This document shows, one piece after another, positions 29,414-43,244 of a DNA stretch of 64,000 bases. Every line of letters begins with the position of its first letter. Within the stretch, counting starts at the first letter, position 1. The stretch is from Moniliella sp. 'wahieum' (lineage: Eukaryota), in contig RSEE01000044.1 of NCBI GenBank assembly GCA_003971905.1, positions 434,001 to 498,000 on the forward strand, read 5' to 3'. The translations under genes and the position numbers were made by a program. The notes under the pieces were generated by a model that worked only from the letters and a program-made list of their open reading frames with translations, did no database searches and was not told the DNA's origin.

Positions 29414-30908
29414 AATGATGAGATTGGCCACTGTAAAGGCCTAGCTGAAGCATGACCTTTTCAGGATATTCGCATGTCCATATCGTTCATCCCTTTGTTA
29501 CAGGGTTTGCTCCAAGCCAGTTTTATCCACTTCTCCTGGCTTATCTTCACTTCAGTAGATTTTCCCGAATACTCTTCATCTTCCCTGCTTCTCCTTATGC
29601 TACTCAGCCGATAGGCCCAGCTTGCACCCTTAGCCTCGAGGATCCCATCTGTTTCTTTTTGTTCTAATATTTGGCCTCTCTCGCCTCACACACCTCCTAC
29701 TCTCATCCTCCGTAAATCTGAATCCAAGTTTTCGCTTTCCCCATCTACGTTCCCTTTAATGACTCTTTTTGTTGGCCAATGTTCTTAGCTGAGCGCTGAT
29801 ATCGATACTTTTTGGATGAAGGCCCCTTTTGTTTGTTGTTGATCTTCAATATTCCTTCTCCTGTCTACATCCCATCTCACTTGCTGATAATTGTGTGGGA
29901 CCGGCGATCCCATATATAGGCCAAAGGACACCACAATCATTACCTTTGGTCACTTTTTTGATCTCCGATGCCTCCACACGCGTATACTCCGGCTTGTCTG
30001 AACCCCAGTCTCATCCAGGTGTGGTCGACGGCTTAAACCTCCACCCCGGCCTTCGCGATGGCATTTCCATATATCTCCAACAGAGGTGTTCTCAACCCAG
30101 CCCGTTTTGTTCCTCCAGTCTTGCACAACAGGGTCGTGACGGTGAACAGTGACTTCCACCTAGCCGCATCGGTTTTCGGGGCCAAAGCTCACTGAAACTA
30201 TCCTAGTGACTATATCCATACCATGTGTAGAACGTAATACAGGCCGATGGTCAAAGAAATGCTGCCCCTATTATATATTACTACCAGGCTCGCTCATTCG
30301 GCGCGTACTCTTAGCTCCGATCACGAAGCCAACGATGTGGCCCGCGGGTCAGGACCCTCTTCATCTTCCGGCCATTCTCTTCCAAACCGTATACAGAGTG
30401 AGTTATATACCACTAAGAGCGTAGTGGACATGTGGGCGATGAAGAGAACTTTGCACCATTCTAAAAAAGGAGATTGCTCCCACAGCATGATTCTGCCACA
30501 GCAGTGTTTATAGGGACCTTTTGTTATTGGCAATATTGGCGGCAAAGTACTTGCGCATTTCATGACGGATTATGGGAAGATAGGCTCTTGAGTGCGTACC
30601 TGTTAGGATCGAGGTCTGTGGCCGTCTTGAGTTTTGCAGTTGGTCTCAGGGAGGATGGGGGGACACAAAACACGAGGCGGAGATGCGTGCCATTCTTTTT
30701 GGTTTTCTCTTCCTTCACACCTTTTCCGGCGAGCGTTGAACAAGCTTGGAGCTTGATTCCTCCTGTCTTTCCTTTTTCCTTGTCAGCTACCGACACTGGT
30801 GCCGTCACTTCCTAAAGGGTTCTCCATCTCCCTCAGGCCTCATCGCCCTTTTGGACGCGCTTATATATATGTGCACAAAACATCTGTTGAGCTTTTACAA
30901 GGAGAGAT

Positions 30909-31106
30909 ACGTTCATCCGTGTCCACACGCGCTTCCTAGGGTACACGGGACCGGATGGCGACCACCGGAGGGTCCTGATATCCTGGCGATCCTCCTGGTT
31001 CCTTGACCTTGGTGGCGCTTCCAAGCAACCCCCGCAAGATGAACGGTTCGGTTTAGACGTAGTAGCGTTCCCCCTGTCTCAGCCTTAAGCTCTGTCAATG
31101 ATATGG
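30909..31106. repeat. dispersed ~200-bp repeat, copy 1 (copy 2 at 45240-45447)
   Basis: Shared collinear blocks gttcatccgt, gtccacacgcgcttcct, gagggtcctgat, ctggttcctt, cgcaagatgaacgg and the identical 27-mer cagccttaagctctgtcaatgatatgg. Confidence 0.9.
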
Positions 31107-33142
31107 ATTCGAAGGAGAGACGAGACGAAGCCAGCTTCCAAAATGCGAGTATCGAATATTGATTCGACAGTGCATGTATCTCACAATAACTCCTGCGAAA
31201 GAGATGGAAGAGATGGTGGTGGGAAATGAAGGATGCGACAAAGAACGAGAGCGGGAACATTACCGCCCACAGTTGCCCAAAAATTAGGCCACGGCCCAAG
31301 TCCTTTTTATCGACCGGCCTCCTATCCCACACATCACGTGCATTAAACAGGCCATCAAAGATGAATTGCGTATCAAACCGCTACAGTTAAGCCGCGGCCC
31401 CCCACACAGATCAAATTACCGCTGGGGGGCAATGGGGGAGCGATCTCAGATTTCACTAGTAATCCTGAACTTCGAATGCTTACCGGTTACCGGTTACCTT
31501 CCCTAAGCCCCTAATCCGCCGGTATCTCTCTTCAGGCGTTGTGTCCATGTCACATGATGATCAGAGAGATTCACCTTATACAGTGCATATAATGTCTTTA
31601 TCCTCATATAATACCCTTTTTTCCTTGGCGCAAATATCAAATCACGATGTCCACACACAGACCACCAATCAGCTAGTCACTAGTCACTAACCTATGCACT
31701 CGTTCTAGAGGGAATATATGCTTTCCACCATTGAATATTGATGCAATTGATGGAAGAGAAGGTTTGGGTGTGGTGGGGCGGGTCGATCCATTGATTATAA
31801 TTGACCGACGTGCCCAATAACACGTAACAGAAAGGCTTGCTGACACTGCCCTTCCCCGTTGTGCCTTATATAGTCTTTACACGGTGCAGCTGTATAACTG
31901 CATGGGAGTAACTCGTGTAAGTCTATAGCAACCGGTAACCTAGTAACAACTGTCGTATATCTGTGGAGGTAAAATGCCATCAGGTGTGTCAGGTGTCAGG
32001 TCTCAGGCTCAGGCCCGCATAGCAGAATCAGAGCCATGGTTCTCGCCTGGCCATGTAGTGTCTGTGTCAGTGGGGTTCAAGGACATGTGACGAGGAATGC
32101 GGAGAGAAAGGCAGGGGCGTTGTTGGGCTCTGAGACCCTGCTGAGAGGCTTGATGTCACCGGTCAAGCTCAAGTCTGAGAGGTCCGGCCTGAGTACCGAG
32201 TGAGGCCTTGAAGCTTGAGGGCTTGAAGGACGCAGTTGAGGATCTGGAAGGTAGCCGGTGGGTTGGGGGAAGAGGGGGGAAGTGAAGTGTTCAGGCTGCT
32301 CAAGCGCTCAAGCCACGCGATATGGCGATTTGGGGCTAGACTTATAGTAATTGATTGTGGCTAGACTGCAATAATGACAACGGACGACAAAACAAAACAT
32401 GGACCGCTGTTCTCCACTAGTTACCGAGCGTGTATAGCAACCCCCCTGGGGAGAGCCAGGATAGGTAGGTATAGCTGAGTCAGGAGAGGAGAAGATGCGC
32501 GAGAGGCAGGCCCGTTTCGGCTCTCTTCCGCCTCCTTGTTGTTTTTCCTGCGAGCATATATTCCCCTGATATCACCGCCACTTATCCTCTCTGTCGTTCT
32601 CGTTGCCCATATGGCACCGGGCATGGATTGAAGTTCCACGCCTGCGGGGCGCAAGGACGGAACAGAGCCCCACACCTTTTGCACAGATGTAATATTGCTG
32701 GATAGCAGACGTGACTTGTGCCCCGATAGCAGATGCTGCGGCGGTTGGACAGCACGTGATATTAGGGATGTCGATGATGCATTGATGGATGAGATCGATA
32801 GCATCTGAGATGAGAGATCTGAGATAGGATGGGAGGCGCGTCCAGGCCCCAGGGTAGGGTGGGACGAAATTGACAACTCGAGCTAATTGGCTGTTACTTT
32901 TTTTTTGCTCGACGCGCCGCATTGAGCATGGCAGGCACGAGGCGTGTGTGCAGCCTGGCAGCGGCCGTGCTGCGTACCTCCGCCTACGGCGCACTGGGCC
33001 CGTGCCACGGGCTGGACGTGGTCTTAGATACCAGGCACAAAGGCCGCGGCCCAGGTCAAAATCAACCGAGCGAATCAGCGCTCTCTTCTCCGTCCGCCCT
33101 GGCAACCACCTCCATCTCTTCCTCTCCCGCCGCCTCCTCGCC

Positions 33143-36100
33143 ATGCCGCCGTCAACGAGCGTGGTCATCAGTCAGCTCGAGCCTGCGGTCTTCCTTCGCG
33201 GGCAGAGCGCCGCTGGCCAGGATGCGCGTGGCCGCCGCAGGCAGGTCAACATGGCTGGCCAGCCCAGTCAGTTGCGTGCTCTCCTCAGCCTGCACGTCTC
33301 CAAGCCCATCCGCGTGCGCGAGATTAGCATCACCCTTGAGGGCACCTCCCACACTGAGTGGCCCGAGGGGATCGGCCCCAACCGTCTCGAGCTCTTCGAG
33401 GACTCGGAGATCATCAAGCAAACCACCACCCTATTTTCCGCCCGCCGCGACAACGCCACGACTGCTGCGCCCCGTTCCTTATCTCAATCGGCTGGCAGCA
33501 CCCCACTCTCTACACCCCCCTCGACGCCTGGACCCGCCCCCCCAGGCTTTTCAGAGGCCGCTCCTCCAGCTTGGACACGAACCAGGCGCCTTCCCTTAAC
33601 GCCCTGCCCCCAGCCCCTCGCTCTGTCTCTCCTCTCGCGGCGGCCGCAGCTCGAGTGCAGCCCGCGGCCCCACTCCAGCCGACCGCATTGTGGCGGACCG
33701 CGAGAGCAAATCGGATATCCGATCAGCAATCAGCAATGTTGCATCGCGTGCCGGCGCAGCTTGCGGCCGCCATCTCCTTCCACCCCTATCCATGATCCAG
33801 GACGCGCATCGGGGTCCCCTCTACTCTCTCGTGGCCGAGAAGGCTTTCCACGCAGTGCTCCAACCACACCAGGTGAAGGTCCTTCTCTCTTGGGCACCTA
33901 TCCTGCGGTGGAGCGCGAACGGGTTTTGAGTCCCCTGGAAAAAGGGCTGAAGAAACTCAACATAGCTCGCTCTCGGAGCCGGAGTACGTCACGAGAGGGG
34001 GGACAGCCCCCAGCGTCAACGCCAACCCGCAGCACGGCACGGGCACCGAGCAAGGGTCCAGACGGGGACCACCCCCCGCCCCATCGTCCGGGCGCGCTGC
34101 TGCCCCCATTGCCATCTCTCGTGTCCCCGAGTCTGAGTCGGAAGACCATGTCCCGATTACTTCAACCACTCACCCCACCACATGTCCCTACCCAGCAGTG
34201 CGGTGACTACCCCTTACACGGAGGAACCTCCAACCTACACCTATGATCCCCCAGATGGCTTATTGACAACTCTCTAGCTCGGACGAAGCACTTCCATTGA
34301 GTGAACCTACCTCGGCTGGCTCGGCTCCTTCGACTTTTACAGACTCGGGTGGGATGGCAGCTGTGCCGCCCCAGCCACAGCCGTCCCCTTCCAACAGGGT
34401 GTCGCCCGAGCTCCGCCCTCCGGGGCGTCCCTCGGACCCTGCACCCGAGAGCGTCTGGGCAGCTGGCCCCCAAGGCAAGAGTATCTTGCACCATACGCCT
34501 CGTGAACGGACTCGGGACGTATCGATCCCTCCTCCCGGTGCAGTTCGGTTTGATCCAACTACGACGGGCACCCAAACACACGGCGTGTCCCCTCCGTCCG
34601 GCTCGGCCATAACAAGCCCCCAAAGCTCATCTCCACACAACCCCTCCACTCCGCTCTCCGAGCGGCACCGGTCTAAATTGGTTGGTATGGGGATGCTCAG
34701 TCGTGCCCTTGCCGACCAGGGTCGTGACAACGAAGACAATTCTGAATTTAAACCTGGTATGTGCCCTACTCTGCTCTTCTGTTCAGCGGTGTCTGACTGC
34801 TGCCTGTCTCTTGCACCTTCTAGGGACCTACACGTTCCCCATTTGCATCCCTCTGCCTAGCAACCTACCGCCCACGCTGCACGCCGACTTTGGTGGCAAC
34901 ACGTATATGCTGAAGGCGCTCGTCCAGCGACCGGGAGCTTTGACGCCCAACCTGACGGGCCGAGAAGGAAGTGACGCTGGTCCATGCACCTGAAGACGAA
35001 GAGCTGGAGCAACTGGATCCGATTGTGGTGCAGCGCATCTGGGAAGACGCTCTGTCCTATGTAGTGATCATCAGTGGCAAGAGCTTCCCTATTGGCGGGA
35101 GCAAGATTCCCATCTGGCTTAAGTTTGTGCCCTTGACCAAGATATCGGTGCATCGCTTGACGGTGAGTCTGGAAGAGAAGACGGATTACTTTGCCAAAGG
35201 GCGAAAGGTGGCTCGACACGAGAACCCTCGTAAATGGCAACTTGTCCATCTCTCCAATGCGGATGGGACGCCACTACTCCCTGTACCAGACGATCCGCAA
35301 GCCTATCGAAACTTGCAGAATGCGACATTGGCCCCCCTGTTCGTGGCGGGTACGGACCCAGGTGATGTGATGGCGCCTGACCCGAAGATGCATTGGCGCG
35401 GATGATGGATCCGAATGGGCCGTGGGAGATGGTTCTAGACGTGGAGATACCCAAGAAGCTGCCCAAGCTCAACCTTTCGTCGAGCCACGCCAAAAGCAGC
35501 ATTGCTGTTCACCATACGCTCCGGATTGTGATCCGGATCGAACGTGGCGCTGAGCCAGGCGCTACCTCAAAGCGGCGCCTGTTTGACATTGTGATTGAGG
35601 CACCCATTTCGCTCAACCACTCGTACACCAACGACGATTGGATCAAGCTGCCTAATTACGACAGCCCGAGGGAACACGTTCCCTGCCCACTGATGGTATG
35701 GGACAGGGTATGTTCCAACCCGATCCTGTACCACGCCAGGGGCTCCCTCGTTGCCCTGCATCGGAAGAAGACCGTGGTCGGTCGCGCAATGCGGGAGGCA
35801 TGTTACCGCGCCTATTGAGTTCCAGCGCCTCGCGCGACCGCTCAATGGCGCGGGGCCCATCGAATGATCGCACCAGTGACCGTTCGTCCGGGCCCTTTAG
35901 TTCGCCCTATTCACACCTTCCACTCACACTCCGCACGCCGCGCTCGTCGGTAGAAGGCGGAGGCCCTCGTCCAGTTCTCTGCGAGGGCTGCCGAGCGGGA
36001 AGAAGGTGGGCGAGGCACCACCTGCGCAAACGCAGTCGGCCGAGTCGGCGCCCTGTCTCGGCGCTGGTTGGCGTTGAGCCAAGCGAGCGCACGCTTTGGC

Positions 36101-36235
36101 ACCAACCTCGAGCTTCCGGGTGAGCACCGGGAAGGGGAAGATGGCCTTCCGGAGCCTTCGGAGCCGCCACCGCCTTCGTACCAGGCCGCGGTGTTTTCGC
36201 TGCCTGTGGCGCCTGACGCCGGCGTGGAAGGTTAG
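33143..36235 (+). CDS. alpha-arrestin (arrestin-related trafficking adaptor)
   Basis: LEPAVFLRG, ITLEGTSHTEWPEGIG, FKPG-intron-TYTFP, LPPTLHADFG, WEDALSYVVIISGKSFPIG, HHTLRIVIRIERG, FDIVIEAPI, LPNY and C-terminal PPSY PY motifs. Confidence 0.88.
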
Positions 36236-36639
36236 GGTGGGGCGGGGGCGTTGGGGAGTGTGCCATGAGCAGCCGAGTTGGCGCTGTGGAGGCCCAGCAC
36301 GGCAACGGATCGGCGAGTACTGGAATCCTGTTGAAGCGTTGATGCGCGCCTGGCCGAGGGGTAGATGGTAGATGGTAGATGGTAGTTGGTAGTTGGTAGC
36401 ACTGCGGCTATCATTCGGTACGTGTACTACTTGTACACGTTTACCCCAGACGCGCCCCAATCAAGCCGCAGGTGCCAACGTGGCGGCTGACATAAGCGTC
36501 CGCTGACGCAGTGGCCGGCTGGCTGAGGCCGCTGGGGCCTGCGCCTGCCCGCGCCTGCCTGGGGGGCGTGCGCAGCGCCCCGGCTGCACCGCCATCGTCC
36601 CCGCCCCACCACTCTGGCGCATCGGTCGAGGCGCTCAGC

Positions 36640-38009
36640 ATGTCGCGCTCCAACGTCATCATCCTCGACAACGGCACTGGCTTCTCCAAGATTGGGTGCG
36701 TCCATTCGTTCATCTTCCCCCTCCCCGCTAACTCCCTTGCCCTCTTCCCCCTTCCGCAGCTATGCCGGCAACTCGGAGCCTTCGTTTGTCTTCCCCACTG
36801 CCATTGCGCTTCGCCCGCAAGGCGGTTCCGCTGCTTCCACGGCTTCGGACGGCCCAGTGTGCCGACCAAGCCAGCCGGACTGGGCGGCGCCGGCAACCTG
36901 GCGACAAAGCGCGGGATCGAGGATCTGGACTTTTACATTGGCGACGAGGCATTTGCTCACGCCAAGTCGTACCAGGTCGAGCAGCCCATCCGTCATGGTC
37001 TGGTGGACAATTGGGACCATATGGAACGCTACTGGGAGCAGTGCATTTTCAAATATCTTCGTGCCGAGCCCGAAGAACACTATGCGATGCTCACTGAGCC
37101 TCCGCTGAACCCGCCCGAGAACCGTGAGATGACGGCTGAAATCTTTTTCGAGTCGTTCAACATCAAGGGCCTTTACATTGCCGTCCAGGCTGTCTTGGCT
37201 CTTGCAGCTTCCTGGACGTCCAATAAGGTTACCGATCGCACCCTGACCGGCACCGTCGTTGACTCGGGCGATGGTGTGACCCATGTCATTCCCGTGGCTG
37301 AAGGCTACGTGATTGGTAGTTCCATCAAGCACATCCCCATTGCTGGTCGTGATATTACCTACTTTGTCCAGCAGCTGCTCCGTGATCGGGAGAGGCTGCC
37401 AACATCCCCCCGAGGACAGCCGTCGGGTAGCGGAGAAGATCAAGGAAGACTACTGCTACGTCTGCCAGGACATTGTTCGCGAGTTCCGCAAATACGATGC
37501 CGACCCGTACAAGTACTTTGAGCGCTTCACGGGCGAGAACAAGGTCACGAACAAGACGTACGATGTGGATGTGGGATACGAACGTTTCCTTGCGCCGGAG
37601 ATTTTTTCAATCCCGAAATCCTCTCCTCGGATTTCCTCACTCCGCTTCCGGAGGTGGTGGACAACGTGATTCAGGGCAGCCCGATCGATGTGCGCAGAGG
37701 GTTGTACAAGAACATTGTCCTTTCGGGTGGGTCGACCATGTTCCAGCATTTTGGCGCTCGTCTGAAGAAGGATCTGCGGGACATCGTCGATCGTCGTCTT
37801 GCTGCGTCGGAGCTGGCTGCCGGCGGCAACGCTCGCTCGTCCGGGATGGACGTCAACGTCATCTCACACAAGATGCAGCGCTACGGTTTGGTATGGTGGT
37901 TCTCTCCTTGGGTCTCTGCCCGACTTTTACAACTTTTGCTACCAAGGCCGACTATGACGAGCACGGCCCGAGTATTGTCCGCAAGTTTTCGATTCTGGGC
38001 GGCGTGTGA
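36640..38009 (+). CDS. ARP3: actin-related protein 3 (Arp2/3 complex)
   Basis: [74 protein letters not shown]. Confidence 0.97.
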
Positions 38010-38349
38010 GCACTGAGACGGGATTGTACTGCCCTGGCCTAATCCGCCGATCGATCAAATGCACTCCATCTCGATTCTGTTACATGTTACACTTTGGCAG
38101 GTCTGTATGTACATTCATACTAAGAAAAAAACACCACAGTCAGGGAAGACAGAGCTATAGGGTTCGATGGGGAATCACGGGCTTCAAAGGAAACGGGGAC
38201 AGGAGGGATAGGCACGACCACAAGGCGGTACCGCTCCCAGCATGGAACGAAAGTAAGGCCGGCAGAGAGTAAAGAGGGGGCACGGGCAAATGCTGCCGAC
38301 CACGCACCATCAAGGCAGGAGAAGGGGGGATGCAGTTTGCAATCTACCC

Positions 38350-39653
38350 TTAGTTACGCAAAAAGCCCTTCTTTTGGTTGACTCGCTTTTCAGGAGTGAA
38401 GGGCGGCCCATCTCGACTCGCCGCTTGCGGTCGACGAGCTCGGCCTGCTGCGCTTCGAGAGACGCCTTCATTTCGCGGTGGCGAGTAGAGCTCCTCCTCG
38501 GATTGCTTCAGCTTGGTCTTCTCGGCAACTTTTTGCTGGAAGACAAGCTCATCTCGTTCTCCATCTTGGCCAACTTTGCCTCGTGCAGCGCTCGCTCTTC
38601 GGCAATCTTGGCAGCCGGATTGACTTCTTTGAACACAGTGTGGATCCTGTGCGACACCCATGGCCAGCAACTTTCTGTGCGGTACTTTTCGTACAGCGTG
38701 TTGTTGGTGTGCTCCTTGAGTTCCTCATGTGGGTCCGGATGAGCATCTGACGCAGTTTGACAAAGTCGCAATGATCCTCGTTGTCCACCTCGATCACGCC
38801 CATGGGTACGCCCGCCCACGCACGCGCGGCCATCGGCCGTGTCCACCTCAGAGTTGGCGCCAACGACCGCAAAGGGCACCTTGCGCTAAAAATGCCATAA
38901 ACAGACATGTCAGGTGTCAGTGTACCGGTAGCGGAAGGAACTCGGGGGGAGACATACGGCAATTTCCGCATTCTCTGCATACGTCTCCTCGTCGTCATAT
39001 CGTAGACAGGAGCGTGGAAAATGTCAATCTGGTGATAGGCAATGTCGGCAAGAATGCGTTCCTTGAAGGCACTGATCTCCTCGTCCGTGAGCGTATCCGA
39101 CTTGGCAATGACGGGGATGAGGTTAACCTTGGGTGAGGCGGCGCATAAACTCCACGTCGATCGGGCGCAGGGCATGGCCGGTGGGCTGGATGAAGTACAA
39201 GCATGCATGGACACGGTTGTCAACGAGCTTGTTGCGGTTCACCCGGTTCTCCTGCTCGAGGTACGCGTCAAAGCGCTGCTCAATGTTGTCGACAATGGGC
39301 TTCCAAGAGCCGTCGTTGTTGACGAAGTCAAATCCGGGCGTGTCCACCACATTGAGGCGCAGACGCACCCCGCTCTCCTCAATGTCGGCGCTGATGGACT
39401 CGATGGCGACCGTCGACGGGCGCTCGGCATGGGGCGGGGGGACTGCCTTGGCCGGGTAGAGGGGGGGTGTGAAAAGGGTGTTGACCAGCGTCGACTTGCC
39501 CAGTCCGCTCTCGCCAACAACCATGCAGGTAAAGGTGAAGCCCTTGCGGACGCTCTTGCGGTGAACCTGGTTGGGCAGGTTGGCAAAGCCAACGTAGCCG
39601 GACAGTTTCTTGCGAGCAGGCGCAGCAGCAGGCGCGGCGGCGACGTCAGCCAT
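38350..39653 (-). CDS. CDC3: septin, Cdc3/AspB type
   Basis: LSGYVGFANLPNQVHRKSVRKGF, VVGESGLGKSTL, VDTPGF, NLIPVIAKSD, HCDFVKLRQML, coiled-coil EERALHEAKLAKME..KLKQSEEELY. Confidence 0.9.
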
Positions 39654-40091
39654 GGCGGAGGGCAGCAGGTGGCGAGGGAGGCGGAAAGGGCGAGGGCGAG
39701 GGCAAGGGCAAGCGCGGGGAAGGCAAACGCGAGGACTAGCGCCAGGACGCGGCAGGCGTTGCTGCCGCAGCCGTGGCACGGCCCAGCGCCGGTCGCCTGC
39801 TCCACGTCGCCCCCGCTCGCACGCGCCTGTGTCTGGCAAGCGCGCCGACGCTGGCAGCTTAGGGCGCGCGCGCCACCTTGCCCTGCCCTGTTCTGCAGGG
39901 CACAATCAATTAATCACGACACAGAGACTGGTGATCTAGTGATCGATGATCGCCGGCATAGTTGAACATTGAATAATTGAACACACCCAGACCCGAGCTC
40001 CTCCGGGCTGCGTTACGCGTGGCAGACGCTATCTCCCTCTCCATCTCCCTCTCCATCTGCATCTCATTCCCACAGGCAGTCGCCTGAACTT

Positions 40092-41147
40092 TCACAATGC
40101 ACCCACACTCTTGAGCAAACCCTCAAGCTCGTGCTTCTGGTCCAACGCAGCCAAGTCATCCGAGCCACCCAACAAGTCTCCACCAACAAGGATGGTAGGG
40201 AACGTCCGGTGGCCCGTCACCTCAGCTAAAGCAGGTTGGAACGTCGAGTAGTCCGCTGCAGCAACCCGACAGTGTCAGCATGATAGGTCGACGCACCCAC
40301 ACAGGAAGAACACTCAGTACTCACGACGCACATCCACCTCGACCACGGTGAACTTGGCCTTGAGGTCAGTAAGCAGTTTCTTGGCCCGCTTCGAATAGGG
40401 GCAGTAGGTCTTGCTGAATACGACCACGCCTTCCGACGTGCGCTTCAGCGCCAAGCGATCGGGTCCGAGCGATACTACCGAAACCAGGCAGGTCAGTCCC
40501 TCGCCTCCTACTGCAATTCATACACATACCAGTGCCCAATCCTCCTTGCTCTCCCTGCCCTCGCGCACCAGCCGTTCGAGTGCCACATCCTGCTCGGCTC
40601 TGTTGGACGGCGTGAGCCAATCCTTCCAGTCTGCGGGCAAGGTCCAGGACGAAGGGTCATTGGCCATCCCCAAAACGGCTGGAGGAAAAGGATGGTACGC
40701 TCAGTATGCGTCGTAGCCGCCTTGGCCAGCTCAACAAGGGGAAGCGGCACCAAAGTTGGCTGCTGGTGAAGGTGAAGGAGATGCAGATGCAGATGCAGAT
40801 GCAGATGAAGATGAAGATGAGTCGACTGTTCCAGGGGGGGTTGTGAGTTCGGCAATCAATGTTGGATCGGGGACGTCAGTCGTTCTTAGGACTGAGGACG
40901 AGGAGGCCAATCTAGTCCTTGTGACGGGAGTAACATTATCCTTTTCCTCAGGACCAGGGATGTGCCAGCCACGCACGTGGGCACATACGAGCAGTACACT
41001 GGCACCGCCCAAGGCAAAAAGAAAAATGAGTAGCATGCGAGCACGACGCCGAGCAGGTCTTGCGTGGCGGTGCAACGTTGCTGGGCTGGGCAGCTCGTCG
41101 CCGCCTGAACCAATGTCGTTCAGTAGCTGGTACCGCTTTTCAGGCAT
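40092..41147 (-). CDS. membrane-anchored monothiol glutaredoxin (Grx6/Grx7-like, CPYS)
   Basis: N-terminal basic stretch followed by a TM segment (MLLIFLFALGGASVLLVCA), Ser/Ala linker, then VVFSKTYCPYSKRAKKLL, TGHRTFPTILVGG..LGGSDDL. Intron at ~40258-40324. Confidence 0.85.
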
Positions 41148-42169
41148 TTCTGGGAATGTATAAAGGACAAGAAAGAGCGGGCGTGAGGGGGGGGGGGGGT
41201 TGAGTAGTTGGATAGGTATGTGGGAACGAGTTGGTTGGCACGATGGTGGCGCAGGTCCACGTGCTACGGCTAATGGGCATAAGCCGAGTGATTAATAGAC
41301 CACGGCCGTGACTTGTGGGATTTTAAATTTTCAAATGTCACATGCATCGACATAATCCTCAGAGACCCTTAAGCTTTAAGCTTCAACGTCTTCAATTGAA
41401 GATGCACCACCACCCCATCCTGGCCAATGCGCTTACCGTGTTGCCCCCACGTTCATTCGTTTGGAGAGTAAGCCTATGACAACCCCCCACATCTGTAGAA
41501 TACGTTGGATGGGAGCATCGGGGGTGTCCAAACAGCATCGGAGAGGGAGTTCAGCAAGGGTGACGCTCTCCCCCCCCCCCGATGTCGCAGAAAGTTACCA
41601 TAAACCGAGACAGTAGCTTGAGCTGGGGCGCCTATAGGCGAAGTGCCTGGGTAGCATACCTATTTTTAGGAAACGAACTAGTTACTCTCACTCCTCAGTT
41701 GAGATATGGGATGAGAATGCGTTGGGAGGAAGCGGGGCGAGAGGTCTTGGGCCCCACACAGAGTGTACGTCTTCACTGACTTCATCCACCTTACCGTATC
41801 CGCAATTGGAGCTTCGCTGCTCTCCTATGCACCACTATGCGCCTAGGAAGCATGTCGGCCAACTTGTTGCCAGTGTATCGCGTGCATATGCTGAAGAGTA
41901 TAGGATGGGCCCAGTAGCCTCCAACCACCTTCGTGGAATAGAATCGGATACATTTGGTTCTCTGACCCGGCAATAAAGGGAAGAGGAAGACACATGCATT
42001 AGCCAGGCGCTCCAGTTGAGCGGCTAGCACAGCTCGTGTGATAACATTCGAATAACAAAAAGTTGTAAAACACATCAACACACCGGTACAAGGAGGACAC
42101 CTGGTGCAGCGAAGAGCGCGGGCCTCTTGGCAAGTAAGGCACCAGGGGGGGAGAACGCTTCTCCCGCCT

Positions 42170-43244
42170 TCACGATTGCATGTCCGTAAAGTACGGGCAT
42201 TGAAGGGCCCTTTTGGCGCTGATCCGATACGCTGGGTTGTATGTCAGGAGATTGCCCAATAAGTCGATGCCCTCAGCGTCCAGCTGTGGCACTACCTCGC
42301 TCAGGGGTTTCCCGCGCCCTTTGGGAAAGAAGACTTGAAGCTAGGAAGCTGCTCTACTCCAGGCCATGTCTCCTCAGTAGGGGTGCCCAATGTCCTGTCC
42401 AAACCATCCGGGTCAGTATAGCGTTTAGGTGGGCATCAGTCAGTCTAATTAAGACGGGTCATTTCAAAGCACATACCTGAAATGCGAAGATCTCATCAAT
42501 CTCGGAATCGCCAGGGAGAGGGGGAACGCATAGCCATTTCAGCAAAGATGCAACCTGCACTCCACACATCAATCGAAGTGGAGTAGTGACGCGAACCGAG
42601 AAGCACCTCCGGGGAACGATACCAAAGCGTCACCACCTCATGCGTGTAGGAGCGCAGCGGGATCCCAACGCACGGGCAGGCCAAATCAGCAAGCTTGAGA
42701 TTACCCTCTTATATCGATCAGGAGGTTTCTGCGGCTTGAGGGCACGGTGCAAGATGCGGTGAGCATGGCAGTAGTAATACCACAGTAGTTGGTAGGTAAA
42801 CTTCTTCACGATCGCTGGGCTCATCCCCTCTTGGCGCGAACCAATGGTATCCATGTATCTTTTGAGGTCAAGGTCGAGGAACTCCATGACAAGATAAAGT
42901 TTCTGCTCTTGGTGGATAATGTCATATAGTCTGGAACAAGCACCCAGTCAGTCCCTTACCATCGCAAGCCTGGCAAAAGAGGGCTGCCTACCTTACCACG
43001 TTGGGCGCGTTCAGCTCCTTCAGCAAAGATCTCGCGGATGGCTGTCGATGGCACTCCCTCGTCTTCGCCTCGAGGCGGATCTTCTTGAGTGCGACGACAC
43101 GGCCGTTGACTTTGTCGCGCGCCTTGTACACTACACCGTAGGTCCCTGATGGCGGCCGACCTGGGTCAGGAACTCGCGGCTGAAGACGAAGCAGGAAGGG
43201 GTACGTACCCTCGCCGACCTTTCTATGCGGACAAAGTTGTCCAT
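42170..43244 (-). CDS. CDC28: cyclin-dependent kinase 1 (Cdc2/Cdc28)
   Basis: [27 protein letters not shown] (across an indel), [51 protein letters not shown]. Three short introns. Confidence 0.95.

Noticed and set aside
33143..39653. Arrestin-ARP3-septin (plus epsin) as an endocytosis/cytoskeleton gene cluster
   Set aside because: Ordinary housekeeping genes in mixed orientation. Adjacency is plausible by chance without synteny data.
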